Shown here: piece by piece, positions 63,959-64,000 of the stretch | Layout of the letters: each line of letters opens with the position of its first letter | Numbering within the stretch: the stretch's first letter is position 1 | NCBI GenBank assembly: GCA_049606035.1 | Contig: JBMYVD010000001.1 | Location: forward strand, 34,244-98,243 | From: Candidatus Poseidoniaceae archaeon | GTDB lineage: Archaea > Thermoplasmatota > Poseidoniia > Poseidoniales > Poseidoniaceae | Reading direction: 5' to 3' | DNA length: 64,000 nt | Notes under the pieces: generated by a model | The model's database searches: none | What the model was told of the DNA's origin: nothing | The model's input: the letters and a program-made list of their open reading frames with translations, nothing else | Program-made: the position numbers and the translations under genes

Positions 63959-64000
63959 AGTGAGGTCATTTACTACCTTGTCAGCACCGTCTAGGTCTGA

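Overview
This 64 kb window looks archaeal. It carries an unsplit rpoB in the archaeal rpoH-rpoB-rpoA'-rpoA''-rpl30e order, aCPSF1/FttA, proteasome beta, S3Ae, Pop5, and PurP. I infer a Thermoplasmatota-like marine archaeon (MGII/Poseidoniales-like). The evidence for this is bacterial-type PlsC, ThyA+DHFR, giant TSP3/SBBP-repeat surface proteins, and about 45-50% GC. Coding density is high (about 65 CDS, 1 tRNA). I found no CRISPR, rRNA or obvious mobile elements. Coordinates I refined by hand may be off by 1-2 nt, because my reading of the printed lines disagreed with the ORF track by one base near 53160.

Most interesting observations:
1. A divergent double operon (about 16.5-31.2 kb). It holds three paralogous COG1340-like coiled-coil genes, a DtxR regulator, a giant surface protein, a GNAT and a Roadblock/LC7 gene. 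At its centre is a eukaryote-type Cid1/GLD-2-like terminal nucleotidyltransferase fused to a coiled-coil and an RG-rich tail.
2. A Rieske/cytochrome b cluster in which cytochrome b is split. Its C-terminal (subunit IV-like) half is fused to a large extracellular domain and a cytoplasmic HdrD/GlcF-like 2x[4Fe-4S]+2xCCG domain.
3. Lineage-specific decorations of the RNA polymerase. RpoH and RpoA'' carry paralogous N-terminal HhH-like extensions, and RpoA' has a 4-Cys insertion.
4. Two SAP-motif proteins, one of them a fusion to ribosomal protein S3Ae.
5. A PrmC/Mtq2-like methyltransferase fused to a BirA-like biotin ligase domain.
6. Recurrent MJ0042-type zinc ribbons on cytoplasmic tails of membrane and surface proteins.
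7. An AsnB / GshA-like ligase / saccharopine-dehydrogenase-like trio.
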